64,000 nt of DNA from a virus: the IMG/VR virus record IMGVR_UViG_3300002350_000001; one strand, 5' to 3'. Position 1 is the first letter of the stretch, and each line of letters opens with the position of its first letter. A program made the position numbers and the translations under genes. Shown piece after piece: positions 55,090 through 62,758 of this stretch. The notes beneath the pieces are model-generated. The model was not told where the DNA came from and did no database searches. It was given only the letters and a program-made list of their open reading frames with translations.

Positions 55090-55467
55090 ATGAATCCTGA
55101 AATAACGCTAGTGGGTCGTCTTGGTACAGATCCAGAAAAAATCGGAGACAAGGGTGTACGTCTTCGTATTGTAACAAGTGATCGTGTAAAAAGTGCATCT
55201 GGTGAATGGTCGGACAAGGATACTTCTTGGTGGACTGTTAAGCTTTGGAATAAGCCAGCAGAGCAAGCATTTACAACGATTAAGAAGGGCCAAGAAGTTA
55301 TGGTCCGTGGAACAATTTATCAAGACACTTGGACTGATAAAGATGGTTCAAGTCGTAGCACTTACGAAGTAAGAGGAGAGTCTATTGGAGTAACATCCTA
55401 TACTCTTGCAAAGAATGCGTCGCCATCAATGGCAATGACAGTATCCACTGAGGATCCGTGGAAATAA
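55090..55467 (+). CDS. ssb: Single-stranded DNA-binding protein (125 aa)
   Basis: ITLVGRLGTDPE, WWTVKLW...AE, KKGQEVMVRG.IYQDTWTDKDG..RSTYEV OB-fold motifs. Confidence 0.88.
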   Translation: MNPEITLVGRLGTDPEKIGDKGVRLRIVTSDRVKSASGEWSDKDTSWWTVKLWNKPAEQAFTTIKKGQEVMVRGTIYQDTWTDKDGSSRSTYEVRGESIGVTSYTLAKNASPSMAMTVSTEDPWK

Positions 55468-55586
55468 AAATGCGTCATTAATATGACTTCATTGAAGATT
55501 GGAGGGCGGTAAGAATTGATAACTTCCGTCCTCCACTTCGGTGGATTGCAAATTTAGCTATTATTATCGTCAATTGCTTTATTTAA
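55458..55586 (+). pseudogene. Possible gene remnant with an internal TAA, cut at the end of the opposing GT gene
   Basis: Frame VEIKMRH*YDFIEDWRAVRIDNFRPPLRWIAN then runs into the antisense of the GT stop at 55554. Confidence 0.35.
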
Positions 55587-56357
55587 TACTGCAAAATCAA
55601 CAAATGATCCAGTAAACAACATACTTCCCATATGCTGTAGTTTTACCCAAGGCATTAACCAAGTTTTATATCCAATTTTATTTGCCCAACGTGTAAAGAA
55701 ATAGTCCTCTGACAAATATGTATTGTCAATTTCATCAATCTTACAATCAAAATAAGCAAACATAGGTTCTTCAGTTTTTGCATTTACATATCTTTGCTCT
55801 GGGTATGCTTCGTAAAACTTTTCAAATACTTCTCTTGCAATGAGCATAAATCCAGTACTGCCATCTTTAATTTCTACTGGGTTGGTTAATGATATTTCTC
55901 TTTTTTCACCATAAAAATTAATACCGTATCTACCAGAATATTTCATATAATCAGATTCTTGTTTAATTAGTCCAAGATCTTTTGCTTTTTGTATTCTGTC
56001 CCATACAATTGTTTTATGTGGATATGGTCCAACAATTATCTGCTTGTCATCGTTTGTAGCAGCAAGATATACAGCATGTATAAAATCAATATAATCAAAA
56101 GAGATATCGCCATCAATAAAAAATAGATAGTCGTAGTCACTATCTAAAAATTGTTTAACAATTTCGTTTCTTCCACGAGCAATCAGTGACTCTGAAGTTA
56201 TATATGTCATTCCTAGCTTTATATTTTCTTTAGCACAAAAAATAGAAAGCCTCATCATTGACTCAAAATAATTGGCAAAGCTCATACCGCCATACATTGG
56301 AGTACCAACCATGACGGATTTTCCTCTAACTACATTTAAATCTATATTGTTATCCAT
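55554..56357 (-). CDS. GT-A fold glycosyltransferase (267 aa)
   Basis: VGTPMYGG, ESLIARGRN, YLFFIDGDI (DxD), GSTGFMLIAREVFE, YLSEDYFF. Confidence 0.8.
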   Translation of the reverse strand: MDNNIDLNVVRGKSVMVGTPMYGGMSFANYFESMMRLSIFCAKENIKLGMTYITSESLIARGRNEIVKQFLDSDYDYLFFIDGDISFDYIDFIHAVYLAATNDDKQIIVGPYPHKTIVWDRIQKAKDLGLIKQESDYMKYSGRYGINFYGEKREISLTNPVEIKDGSTGFMLIAREVFEKFYEAYPEQRYVNAKTEEPMFAYFDCKIDEIDNTYLSEDYFFTRWANKIGYKTWLMPWVKLQHMGSMLFTGSFVDFAVLNKAIDDNNS

Positions 56358-56422
56358 AATTCCCCTTTCCTAAATTATACACCATAGTTGCACTATTTGA
56401 TGTTTTCTGATATCATGTATGT

Positions 56423-56551
56423 ATGGCTGAGGTATCTTTTAATATTACAAAAATAGGTCACGAAGTGGTATTTTGTACCCTTTGTTTTGCCATGGTACCG
56501 TCAGACAAGCAGTCAAATCATGTTCGTTGGCACGATAGGATGAAAGAATAA
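56423..56551 (+). CDS. C2H2-like micro-protein (42 aa)
   Basis: CTLC...HVRWH; leaderless promoter. Confidence 0.55.
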   Translation: MAEVSFNITKIGHEVVFCTLCFAMVPSDKQSNHVRWHDRMKE

Positions 56552-56787
56552 TGGCATACGTTATAACAGATGCATGTAATGATATTAAAGATAAATCTTG
56601 TATTGATGAATGCCCTGTAAATTGTATTTATGAAGGAGATCAACAGCTTTTCATAAACCCAGATGACTGTATAGATTGCGGTGCTTGTGAGCCTGTTTGT
56701 CCAGTTAATGCAATATATTATCAAGATGATTTACCACAAAACAAAAAAATATTTATAGAAATTAATAAAAATTTCTTTAATAACTAG
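56551..56787 (+). CDS. fdxA: 7Fe-type ferredoxin (78 aa)
   Basis: YVITDAC.DIKDKSCIDECPVNCIYEG...INPDDCIDCGACEPVCPVNAIY. Confidence 0.9.
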   Translation: MAYVITDACNDIKDKSCIDECPVNCIYEGDQQLFINPDDCIDCGACEPVCPVNAIYYQDDLPQNKKIFIEINKNFFNN

Positions 56788-56797
56788 GGAATTGGTT

Positions 56798-57502
56798 ATG
56801 TCAAAAAAAATTATTTTTAAAGCAATGGATGAAGAAGGTTTTAATATTCAGGATAGACCATATCCAGCATCCAAAGCTATTCCAGAATGGTGGAAAAATC
56901 ATAGCATATATGATAATGGCTCAAACAAGCTTGAATTGATTAACAGAACTCCAAACTTTTCTTTTAAAAAATGTACTCCAATGCTAGATGCATTAACGTC
57001 TGGCTATATAATACCCTTACACGCAGATGTATTAGTTTCAAGACAAGAAGACAGAGTTTTTCTATCTTGGAAAACAGAAAAAGATATTTTTCAACTACAT
57101 GGTCAATCATCACATAATGTAGAAGCACCACCTGGATATAGTAATTTAGTTTTTAAATATTTAAATACTTGGATTCCAATTACTCCAAAGGGTTATTCTG
57201 TATTAATTACAAGTCCATTTGGATATAGAAATTTGCCAATGATGGCTATACCAGCTATAATTGACTCAGATAGATCTTTATTAGACATGGCAAACCCTAT
57301 GTGGATTAAAGATGATTTTGAAGGCATTATAGAGAAAGGAACTCCATTGATACAAGTTACTCCATTTAAAAGAGATGATTGGGAAGCCTCTTTTGAGCAC
57401 TTTAAAAAAGATGAATGGAAAACTCATACTGAAAAGAACTTTTCAGCAAACATAGTAGGACACTATATTAAGAATATTTGGTCAAAAAAAAACTATAAGT
57501 AG
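56798..57502 (+). CDS. Uncharacterised dUTPase-fold-like protein, paralog 4 of 5
   Basis: IPEWWK, SFKKCTPMLDALTSGY, TPKGYS, AIIDSD, GTPLIQVTPFKRDDW. Confidence 0.65.
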   Translation: MSKKIIFKAMDEEGFNIQDRPYPASKAIPEWWKNHSIYDNGSNKLELINRTPNFSFKKCTPMLDALTSGYIIPLHADVLVSRQEDRVFLSWKTEKDIFQLHGQSSHNVEAPPGYSNLVFKYLNTWIPITPKGYSVLITSPFGYRNLPMMAIPAIIDSDRSLLDMANPMWIKDDFEGIIEKGTPLIQVTPFKRDDWEASFEHFKKDEWKTHTEKNFSANIVGHYIKNIWSKKNYK

Positions 57503-57510
57503 GGGTAAAA

Positions 57511-57675
57511 ATGAAAACAATTAAGTATATCTTCAAACACCTTAAAATGTTTTTAAAGCAAAAAAGATGTAGTCATGAAAGTGTTGATATGTCATCATGT
57601 CCATTTACTGGAATGACATATAAAACATGCAATGCCTGCTGGAAAAGAATCTCTGCTACAAAAACAAACGATTAA
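57511..57675 (+). CDS. Cys-rich micro-protein (54 aa)
   Basis: CSH...SSCPFTGMTYKTCNACWKR. Confidence 0.55.
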   Translation: MKTIKYIFKHLKMFLKQKRCSHESVDMSSCPFTGMTYKTCNACWKRISATKTND

Positions 57676-57681
57676 GAACTT

Positions 57682-57758
57682 GCAGCAATAGCTCAGTTGG
57701 TTAGAGCCCCCGACTCATAATCGGGTCGTCGTAGGTTCAAGTCCTACTTGCTGCACCA
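57682..57758 (+). tRNA. tRNA with CAT anticodon, probably Ile2 (lysidine type)
   Basis: GCAGCAA acceptor; arm CCCGA-CTCATAA-TCGGG; TTCAAGT T-loop; encoded CCA. The CGACTCATAATCG arm is typical of Ile2 rather than Met. Confidence 0.85.
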
Positions 57759-57759
57759 A

Positions 57760-57830
57760 GGGATTGAAGCATTAAAGTGATGCTCAGGACTTTTAATCCT
57801 GAGAAGAAGGAGCATTACCTTCCAGTCCTA
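57760..57830 (+). tRNA. tRNA-Lys(UUU) with an atypical T-loop
   Basis: GGGATTG/CAGTCCT acceptor; CAGGA-CTTTTAA-TCCTG; T arm GAAGG-AGCATTA-CCTTC. Confidence 0.75.
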
Positions 57831-57831
57831 C

Positions 57832-57905
57832 GCATCTGTAACTCAGTTGGTTAGAGTACCTGCCTTATATGCAGAGAGCCGTAGGTTCAAGTCCTACCAG
57901 ATGTA
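57832..57905 (+). tRNA. tRNA-Ile(UAU)
   Basis: GCATCTG/CAGATGT; CTGC-CTTATAT-GCAG; GTAGG-TTCAAGT-CCTAC. Confidence 0.85.
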
Positions 57906-57909
57906 CGAT

Positions 57910-57981
57910 ACCTCTGTAACTCAGCGGAAGAGTAACGGACTTCTAATCCGTAAGTCGTAGGTTCGATCCCTACCAGGGGTG
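57910..57981 (+). tRNA. tRNA-Arg(UCU)
   Basis: ACCTCTG/CAGGGGT; ACGGA-CTTCTAA-TCCGT; TTCGATC T-loop. Confidence 0.88.
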
Positions 57982-58002
57982 CTACAATTAATATTCATTT
58001 TA

Positions 58003-58076
58003 GGTCTGTTAGCTCAGTTGGTTAGAGCGCTACCCTGTCACGGTAGAGGTCGTGGGTTCAAGTCCCATACAGATCG
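58003..58076 (+). tRNA. tRNA-Asp(GUC)
   Basis: GGTCTGT/ACAGATC; CTACC-CTGTCAC-GGTAG. Confidence 0.9.
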
Positions 58077-58081
58077 CATAA

Positions 58082-58156
58082 GGCACTATCGTCTATCGGT
58101 TAGGACATCGCCCTTTCACGGCGGAAAGACGGGTTCGATTCCCGTTAGTGCTGCCA
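58082..58156 (+). tRNA. tRNA-Glu(UUC)
   Basis: GGCACTA/TAGTGCT; CGCC-CTTTCAC-GGCG; encoded CCA. Confidence 0.9.
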
Positions 58157-58172
58157 ATGATATAATAAATAA

Positions 58173-58322
58173 ATGTCAATAGAAGAAGATATTAAAAACG
58201 TTTTATTTCAAATTGGTAAAGACATTAAAATACATAAAATAGACTCTCAAAATTCAATCATTGAAATAGACTATGATAAATACGTTAATGCTATAATTGA
58301 TCTTATAAACAAAAAGGGGTAA
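58173..58322 (+). CDS. Micro-ORF (49 aa)
   Basis: Leaderless TGATATAAT plus 6 nt; MSIEEDIKNVLFQIGKD... Confidence 0.55.
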   Translation: MSIEEDIKNVLFQIGKDIKIHKIDSQNSIIEIDYDKYVNAIIDLINKKG

Positions 58323-58324
58323 TC

Positions 58325-59266
58325 TTGGCAAAAATAGTTTTTCTTGGTAATTTTCGTGTTGACTATACTAGTGAAACGCATCATGCAAATACCCTGGAGT
58401 CTCTGGGTCATAAGGTAATAAGGCTTCAAGAATCTGAAGCAAAAAGTGAAGAAATTTTAAAATATTCAATAGATTCAGACTTGTTTATTTGGGTTCATAC
58501 ACATGGCTGGAAAACTCCTGGAAAATTTGAAATGGACAAGGTTTTATTGACACTTTCCGATTATAAAATACCCACAATAACATATCATTTAGATTTATGG
58601 TTTGGTTTACAAAGACAAAAAGATTTAAATAAGCATCCAGTTTATAAAAATATAGGTCATTTTTTTACTGTTGACAAAAAGATGGCAGATTGGTTTAATT
58701 CTAAAACAAATGTACAGGGTCATTACGTACCTGCTGGTGTTTATGATAAAGAATGTTACCTGAAAGATTTTCCTAAAACACATGATGTTATTTTTGTTGG
58801 AAGTAAAAGATATCACCCTGAGTGGGAATATAGACCTAAGTTGATTGATTGGTTAGAAGAAACATATTCAAATAAATTTGAGCATTATGGAAGCGGTGGA
58901 AAGCCATCAATTCGTGGAGCACAACTGAATAAGCTGTATGCAACATCAAAAATAGTTGTTGGTGATACTCTTTGTATAGGCTTTAAATACCCAGACTACT
59001 GGTCTGATCGGGTATATGAAACTATGGGTCGTGGTGGTTTTATTATTCATCCATATGTAAGAGGTATGGAAAGAGAATTTGAAGATAAAAAACATTTAGT
59101 GTTTTATGAATACGGAAACTTTGTTCAATTAAAAGAATTAATAGATTATTACTTAGAGCATGACGAAGAGCGTGAAGAAATTAGAAGAGCAGGGCACGAA
59201 TTGGTTAAGTCTAACTATACCTATAAAAATAGATGGCAACAGATACTCAAGGAATTGAATATATGA
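58325..59266 (+). CDS. GT-B glycosyltransferase, CgeB/Glyco_trans_1_2-like (313 aa, TTG start)
   Basis: DVIFVGS, YWSDRVYETMGRGGFIIHP, ELIDYYL...ERE.IRRAG.ELV..NYTY.NRW. Confidence 0.85.
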   Translation: MAKIVFLGNFRVDYTSETHHANTLESLGHKVIRLQESEAKSEEILKYSIDSDLFIWVHTHGWKTPGKFEMDKVLLTLSDYKIPTITYHLDLWFGLQRQKDLNKHPVYKNIGHFFTVDKKMADWFNSKTNVQGHYVPAGVYDKECYLKDFPKTHDVIFVGSKRYHPEWEYRPKLIDWLEETYSNKFEHYGSGGKPSIRGAQLNKLYATSKIVVGDTLCIGFKYPDYWSDRVYETMGRGGFIIHPYVRGMEREFEDKKHLVFYEYGNFVQLKELIDYYLEHDEEREEIRRAGHELVKSNYTYKNRWQQILKELNI

Positions 59267-59919
59267 TTTACACAGTCCCAGAAACCAGCACTGTAATTTT
59301 TGATGTTAGAGAAAACTACCTAACAGATCAAATTGTAATTAGAGAGATTTGGGAAGAAGATGTTTATGAGGTAAAAAATACACGATTTAATAATGGTGGG
59401 GTTGTAATTGATATTGGTGCAAATATTGGGGCATTCTCTCTATATGCTTCATATCATGGAGCAATTGTGTATGCAATTGAACCTGAGCCACATAATCTAG
59501 AGGCATTAAAGAAGAATATTGAACTTAATAACAAAGAAGATAGTGTTTATGTATGTCCATATGCAATAAGTGATTATAAAGGAACAGCAGTTATATCAGA
59601 TGAAGGTGGCGGAGCAACAATCGTAGATGATGGTATCTTTGGTGCAGAGGTAGAGGTAATGCCATTAGATATGTTTTTTGATCTATATCACATAAAAGAA
59701 GTTGATGTTTTAAAGATAGATGTTGAAGGTGCAGAGCCAGAAATAATTCTTGGCGCTTCAAAAGAAACCCTGCAAAAATGTAAATATATTACTATGGAGT
59801 TTGATATTCGCACTGGAAATAGGCTTGGGGAAATGACACAAAAACTTTCCGAGACACATCATGTTAGAACTATGGGCTCTTGGGAACGTGGAGGAATGGT
59901 TTGGGCATGGCTTTACTAG
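59263..59919 (+). CDS. FkbM family methyltransferase (about 218 aa)
   Basis: VVIDIGANIGAFS, VYAIEP, LKIDVEGAE.EII.G. Confidence 0.88.
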   Translation: MIYTVPETSTVIFDVRENYLTDQIVIREIWEEDVYEVKNTRFNNGGVVIDIGANIGAFSLYASYHGAIVYAIEPEPHNLEALKKNIELNNKEDSVYVCPYAISDYKGTAVISDEGGGATIVDDGIFGAEVEVMPLDMFFDLYHIKEVDVLKIDVEGAEPEIILGASKETLQKCKYITMEFDIRTGNRLGEMTQKLSETHHVRTMGSWERGGMVWAWLY

Positions 59920-60602
59920 AGACAGATTATATAATTTGCATACCAGTATATAAAGTAACAGAGCGTGTATATAAATGCATGGAATCTATAAAAGATAAAA
60001 ATGTTTTACTTATAGACAATAGTGGAAACAGAGAGTGTGAAATATTTGAAAAGAAGTATGGATTTCAAGTAGAGTATCAATCAGAAAATATTGGCTTAGC
60101 AAGAGCATGGAACATAGGATTAAAAAAGAATCATGAATGGACATTTGTTGTTTCATCTTCAATGCTATTCAATAAGCCTTTTTCTCATATCGTTGATATG
60201 CTTGATGACTTTAAGGGCTTAATGTTTAGAACACAGCACGGTTGGCATCTTTGTGCAATAAATAAAAAGTTAGTTTTAGAAATTGGATATTTTGATGAAA
60301 ATTTTTATCCATATAATTTTGATGATTGTGACTGGGATCAAAGAACAAGAGTATTAAAAATAGCAGAGTATGGAAACCACGAAGTTGATGTAACATGTCA
60401 GATAGACGGCGCTGCAACAATAGACGGACTAAGAATTAAAATTGAACCGCTTCATGATTACTTTAAGGCTAAGTGGGGTGGAGATAGAACAAGGGAAGGT
60501 TTTGGCGAGTATAAATATCCATTTAACGATCCAACAAAGTCTTTAGACTATTGGGAAGTAAATGATATAGCAACACTAAAGAAACGGTATGGGCTAAAAT
60601 AA
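59907..60602 (+). CDS. GT2-like glycosyltransferase (about 231 aa)
   Basis: LLIDNS, NIGLARAWNIG, IGYFDENFYPYNFDDCDW. Confidence 0.78.
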   Translation: MALLETDYIICIPVYKVTERVYKCMESIKDKNVLLIDNSGNRECEIFEKKYGFQVEYQSENIGLARAWNIGLKKNHEWTFVVSSSMLFNKPFSHIVDMLDDFKGLMFRTQHGWHLCAINKKLVLEIGYFDENFYPYNFDDCDWDQRTRVLKIAEYGNHEVDVTCQIDGAATIDGLRIKIEPLHDYFKAKWGGDRTREGFGEYKYPFNDPTKSLDYWEVNDIATLKKRYGLK

Positions 60603-61267
60603 TGAGAACAATAGGGGTTTTACCAGCATCTGGAAAAGCATCTAGAATTGGTGGCATACCAAAGTTTTGTTTGCCAATTTCAGATGAAAGATCTTTACTT
60701 CAATGGCATGTAGAGCAGATGCTAGAAGTGTGTGATGAAGTTCGTGTATCAACTAGGGCTGAGTGGGTTCCTATTATACAAAATATGGACATGAATATCA
60801 AGTTAATTGTTCGTGAACCAACAACCATGTCTGATGCAGTTAAGTTTATGATTGGTGACTATAATGATACTGTTCTTGTTGGAATGCCAGATACTTATAT
60901 ATTAAATGCACCAGTAAATATTTATAAAGAAATGATGAAAGAAACAAATGCTGATTTGGTTTTAGGTGTTTGGGAATGTGGTGATGATTTAAAGGGTCGT
61001 GTTGGACAGGTACTTTTGTCTGGCGACAAGGTAATTGCTTCTGAAGATAAAACAGAAAGTTGTGATTACCCAGATATGTGGGGGACCATGATGTTTAGAA
61101 AGAATATGATCAGATATATAGATCCATCATTAGAGCACCCTGGAAAACAATTAAAAGAGTGGCTACTAGAAAGCTCTAACATAAGAGCAGTAAGACCTGG
61201 TGGAAAATATATGGATATTGGAACACTAAAAGGATTAAAACAGTTATACAAAGAAATGGACCTATGA
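60602..61267 (+). CDS. Sugar-phosphate nucleotidyltransferase (221 aa)
   Basis: GVLPASGKASRIGGIPKFCLP, GMPDT, YMDIGT. Confidence 0.82.
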   Translation: MRTIGVLPASGKASRIGGIPKFCLPISDERSLLQWHVEQMLEVCDEVRVSTRAEWVPIIQNMDMNIKLIVREPTTMSDAVKFMIGDYNDTVLVGMPDTYILNAPVNIYKEMMKETNADLVLGVWECGDDLKGRVGQVLLSGDKVIASEDKTESCDYPDMWGTMMFRKNMIRYIDPSLEHPGKQLKEWLLESSNIRAVRPGGKYMDIGTLKGLKQLYKEMDL

Positions 61268-62295
61268 GACTAGGAATTATTGCAAGATCAGACAATACTG
61301 GTCTTGGTAATCAAACTAAAGAGTTAACTAATATGCTACAACCTGCAAAGGTTATGCTAATTAACTCTACTTCATTTAATAAAAATAAACAACATCCTGA
61401 ATGGTATGAAAAATATGATTGCCAACATATTCGTGGATTTCCAAAACCAAGTGATATAAATATATTTCTTCGTGGGCTAGATGCTGTACTATCTTGTGAA
61501 ACATTTTATAATAAAGATTTTATATTTTTAGCCAGAAAAAGAAATGTTAAGACTATTCTTCAATATAACTATGAGTTTTTAGATAACCTTCAAAGACCAG
61601 AGCTAGACCTTCCAGATGTCCTTCTAGCACCCAGTTTATGGGGTTTTGAAGCTATTACAGAGGCTTTTGGAGCTAAGTCTAATGTTATTCACCTTCCCCC
61701 TCCAACTACGCATGAAGGCTTCTCTAAGGTAAAGGCTAATAACTTAAGTAAAGACTATAAAAGATTATTACATGTTGGCGGAAAAGCAGCACATTTGGAT
61801 CGCAATGGAACAAATACAATAGTTGAAATGCTTAAATATTCTAAAACAGATTATGAAATTGTTATAAAATCTCAGTCTGATCTTGATATAAATATTAATG
61901 ATAGTCGTTTATCTATTGACACTTCAAGTCCAGAAAATAGGGAAGATTTGTATTCTGGCTTTGATGGTATGGTCTTGCCAAGACGGTATGCTGGGTTATG
62001 TCTTCCAATGAATGAAGCTTTGTTGTCTGGACTACCAGTTTTTATGACAGACATATCTCCAAATAATACTATTTTGCCAAAAGAATGGTTAGTTAAATCT
62101 AATAAGATAGATCAATTTAGAGCAAGAACACTGATTGATGTTTATGAAGCTAATCCAAAAATGCTTGCTAAATTAGTTGATGAATATATTGGTAGTTCAG
62201 ATAAAACAAAACAAAAACAAAAAGCATTTGACATTGGTTACAATAATTTTTCTGTTGATGTTTTAAAAAATAAATATATTGATATATTAAAATAG
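61264..62295 (+). CDS. GT4-like (GT-B) glycosyltransferase (343 aa)
   Basis: LYSGFDGMVLPRRYAGLCLPMNEALLSGLPVFMTD. Confidence 0.85.
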   Translation: MRLGIIARSDNTGLGNQTKELTNMLQPAKVMLINSTSFNKNKQHPEWYEKYDCQHIRGFPKPSDINIFLRGLDAVLSCETFYNKDFIFLARKRNVKTILQYNYEFLDNLQRPELDLPDVLLAPSLWGFEAITEAFGAKSNVIHLPPPTTHEGFSKVKANNLSKDYKRLLHVGGKAAHLDRNGTNTIVEMLKYSKTDYEIVIKSQSDLDININDSRLSIDTSSPENREDLYSGFDGMVLPRRYAGLCLPMNEALLSGLPVFMTDISPNNTILPKEWLVKSNKIDQFRARTLIDVYEANPKMLAKLVDEYIGSSDKTKQKQKAFDIGYNNFSVDVLKNKYIDILK

Positions 62296-62337
62296 GGCGA
62301 GACCATTTCTGGCCCCGCCCCATCTTGAGTAAATAAA

Positions 62338-62589
62338 TTACTCTTCAGACTTCTTCTTTGGTTTTGCAGCCTTTAAAGCTTTTTCAACCACTGAAGTTCC
62401 TGGCATACGACCAAATGCTGGATCGTTAGGATTAACTGCACGTGCTGCTACTGGAATAAGAGCACCAACAAGTGCTGCCCATAGATCCTTTGGATCTGTT
62501 ACTCCAGCTACATATAAAGCTGCTACTGCACCAACAATTGAACGACCATATGATGCGAGCATTGCCTTATGTTTATTGTTTAGTTCCAT
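62338..62589 (-). CDS. Small two-TM membrane protein, holin-like (83 aa)
   Basis: Two hydrophobic segments, NPNDPAFG motif, basic tail; AGGAGG RBS. Confidence 0.55.
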   Translation of the reverse strand: MELNNKHKAMLASYGRSIVGAVAALYVAGVTDPKDLWAALVGALIPVAARAVNPNDPAFGRMPGTSVVEKALKAAKPKKKSEE

Positions 62590-62599
62590 GTTTTTCCTC

Positions 62600-62758
62600 C
62601 TAGGATAGAACCTTAATTAGTATAGCGTAACCAGCCCATAGACCAATAATTCCTGCAACTCCTGCAAAAACTGGTGGTGCTGGAACTGGTAATTTGAATG
62701 CAGCAAATACTACACCACATCCAAAACCTGTTATCGTTGATAGCAATATATCTTTCAT
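62600..62758 (-). CDS. XapX/DUF1427-like small membrane protein (52 aa)
   Basis: MKDILLSTITGFGCGVVFAAFKLPVPAPPVFAGVAGIIGLWAGY; not in the ORF track. Confidence 0.75.
   Translation of the reverse strand: MKDILLSTITGFGCGVVFAAFKLPVPAPPVFAGVAGIIGLWAGYAILIKVLS

Noticed and set aside
55479-55481. Stop-codon reassignment suggested by an in-frame TAA
   Set aside because: TAA, TAG and TGA all terminate well-supported genes here, so the standard code applies.
62295-62320. Terminator between the convergent GT4 and holin-like genes
   Set aside because: Only an interrupted GGGCG/CGCCC stem without a U-tract; too weak to call.
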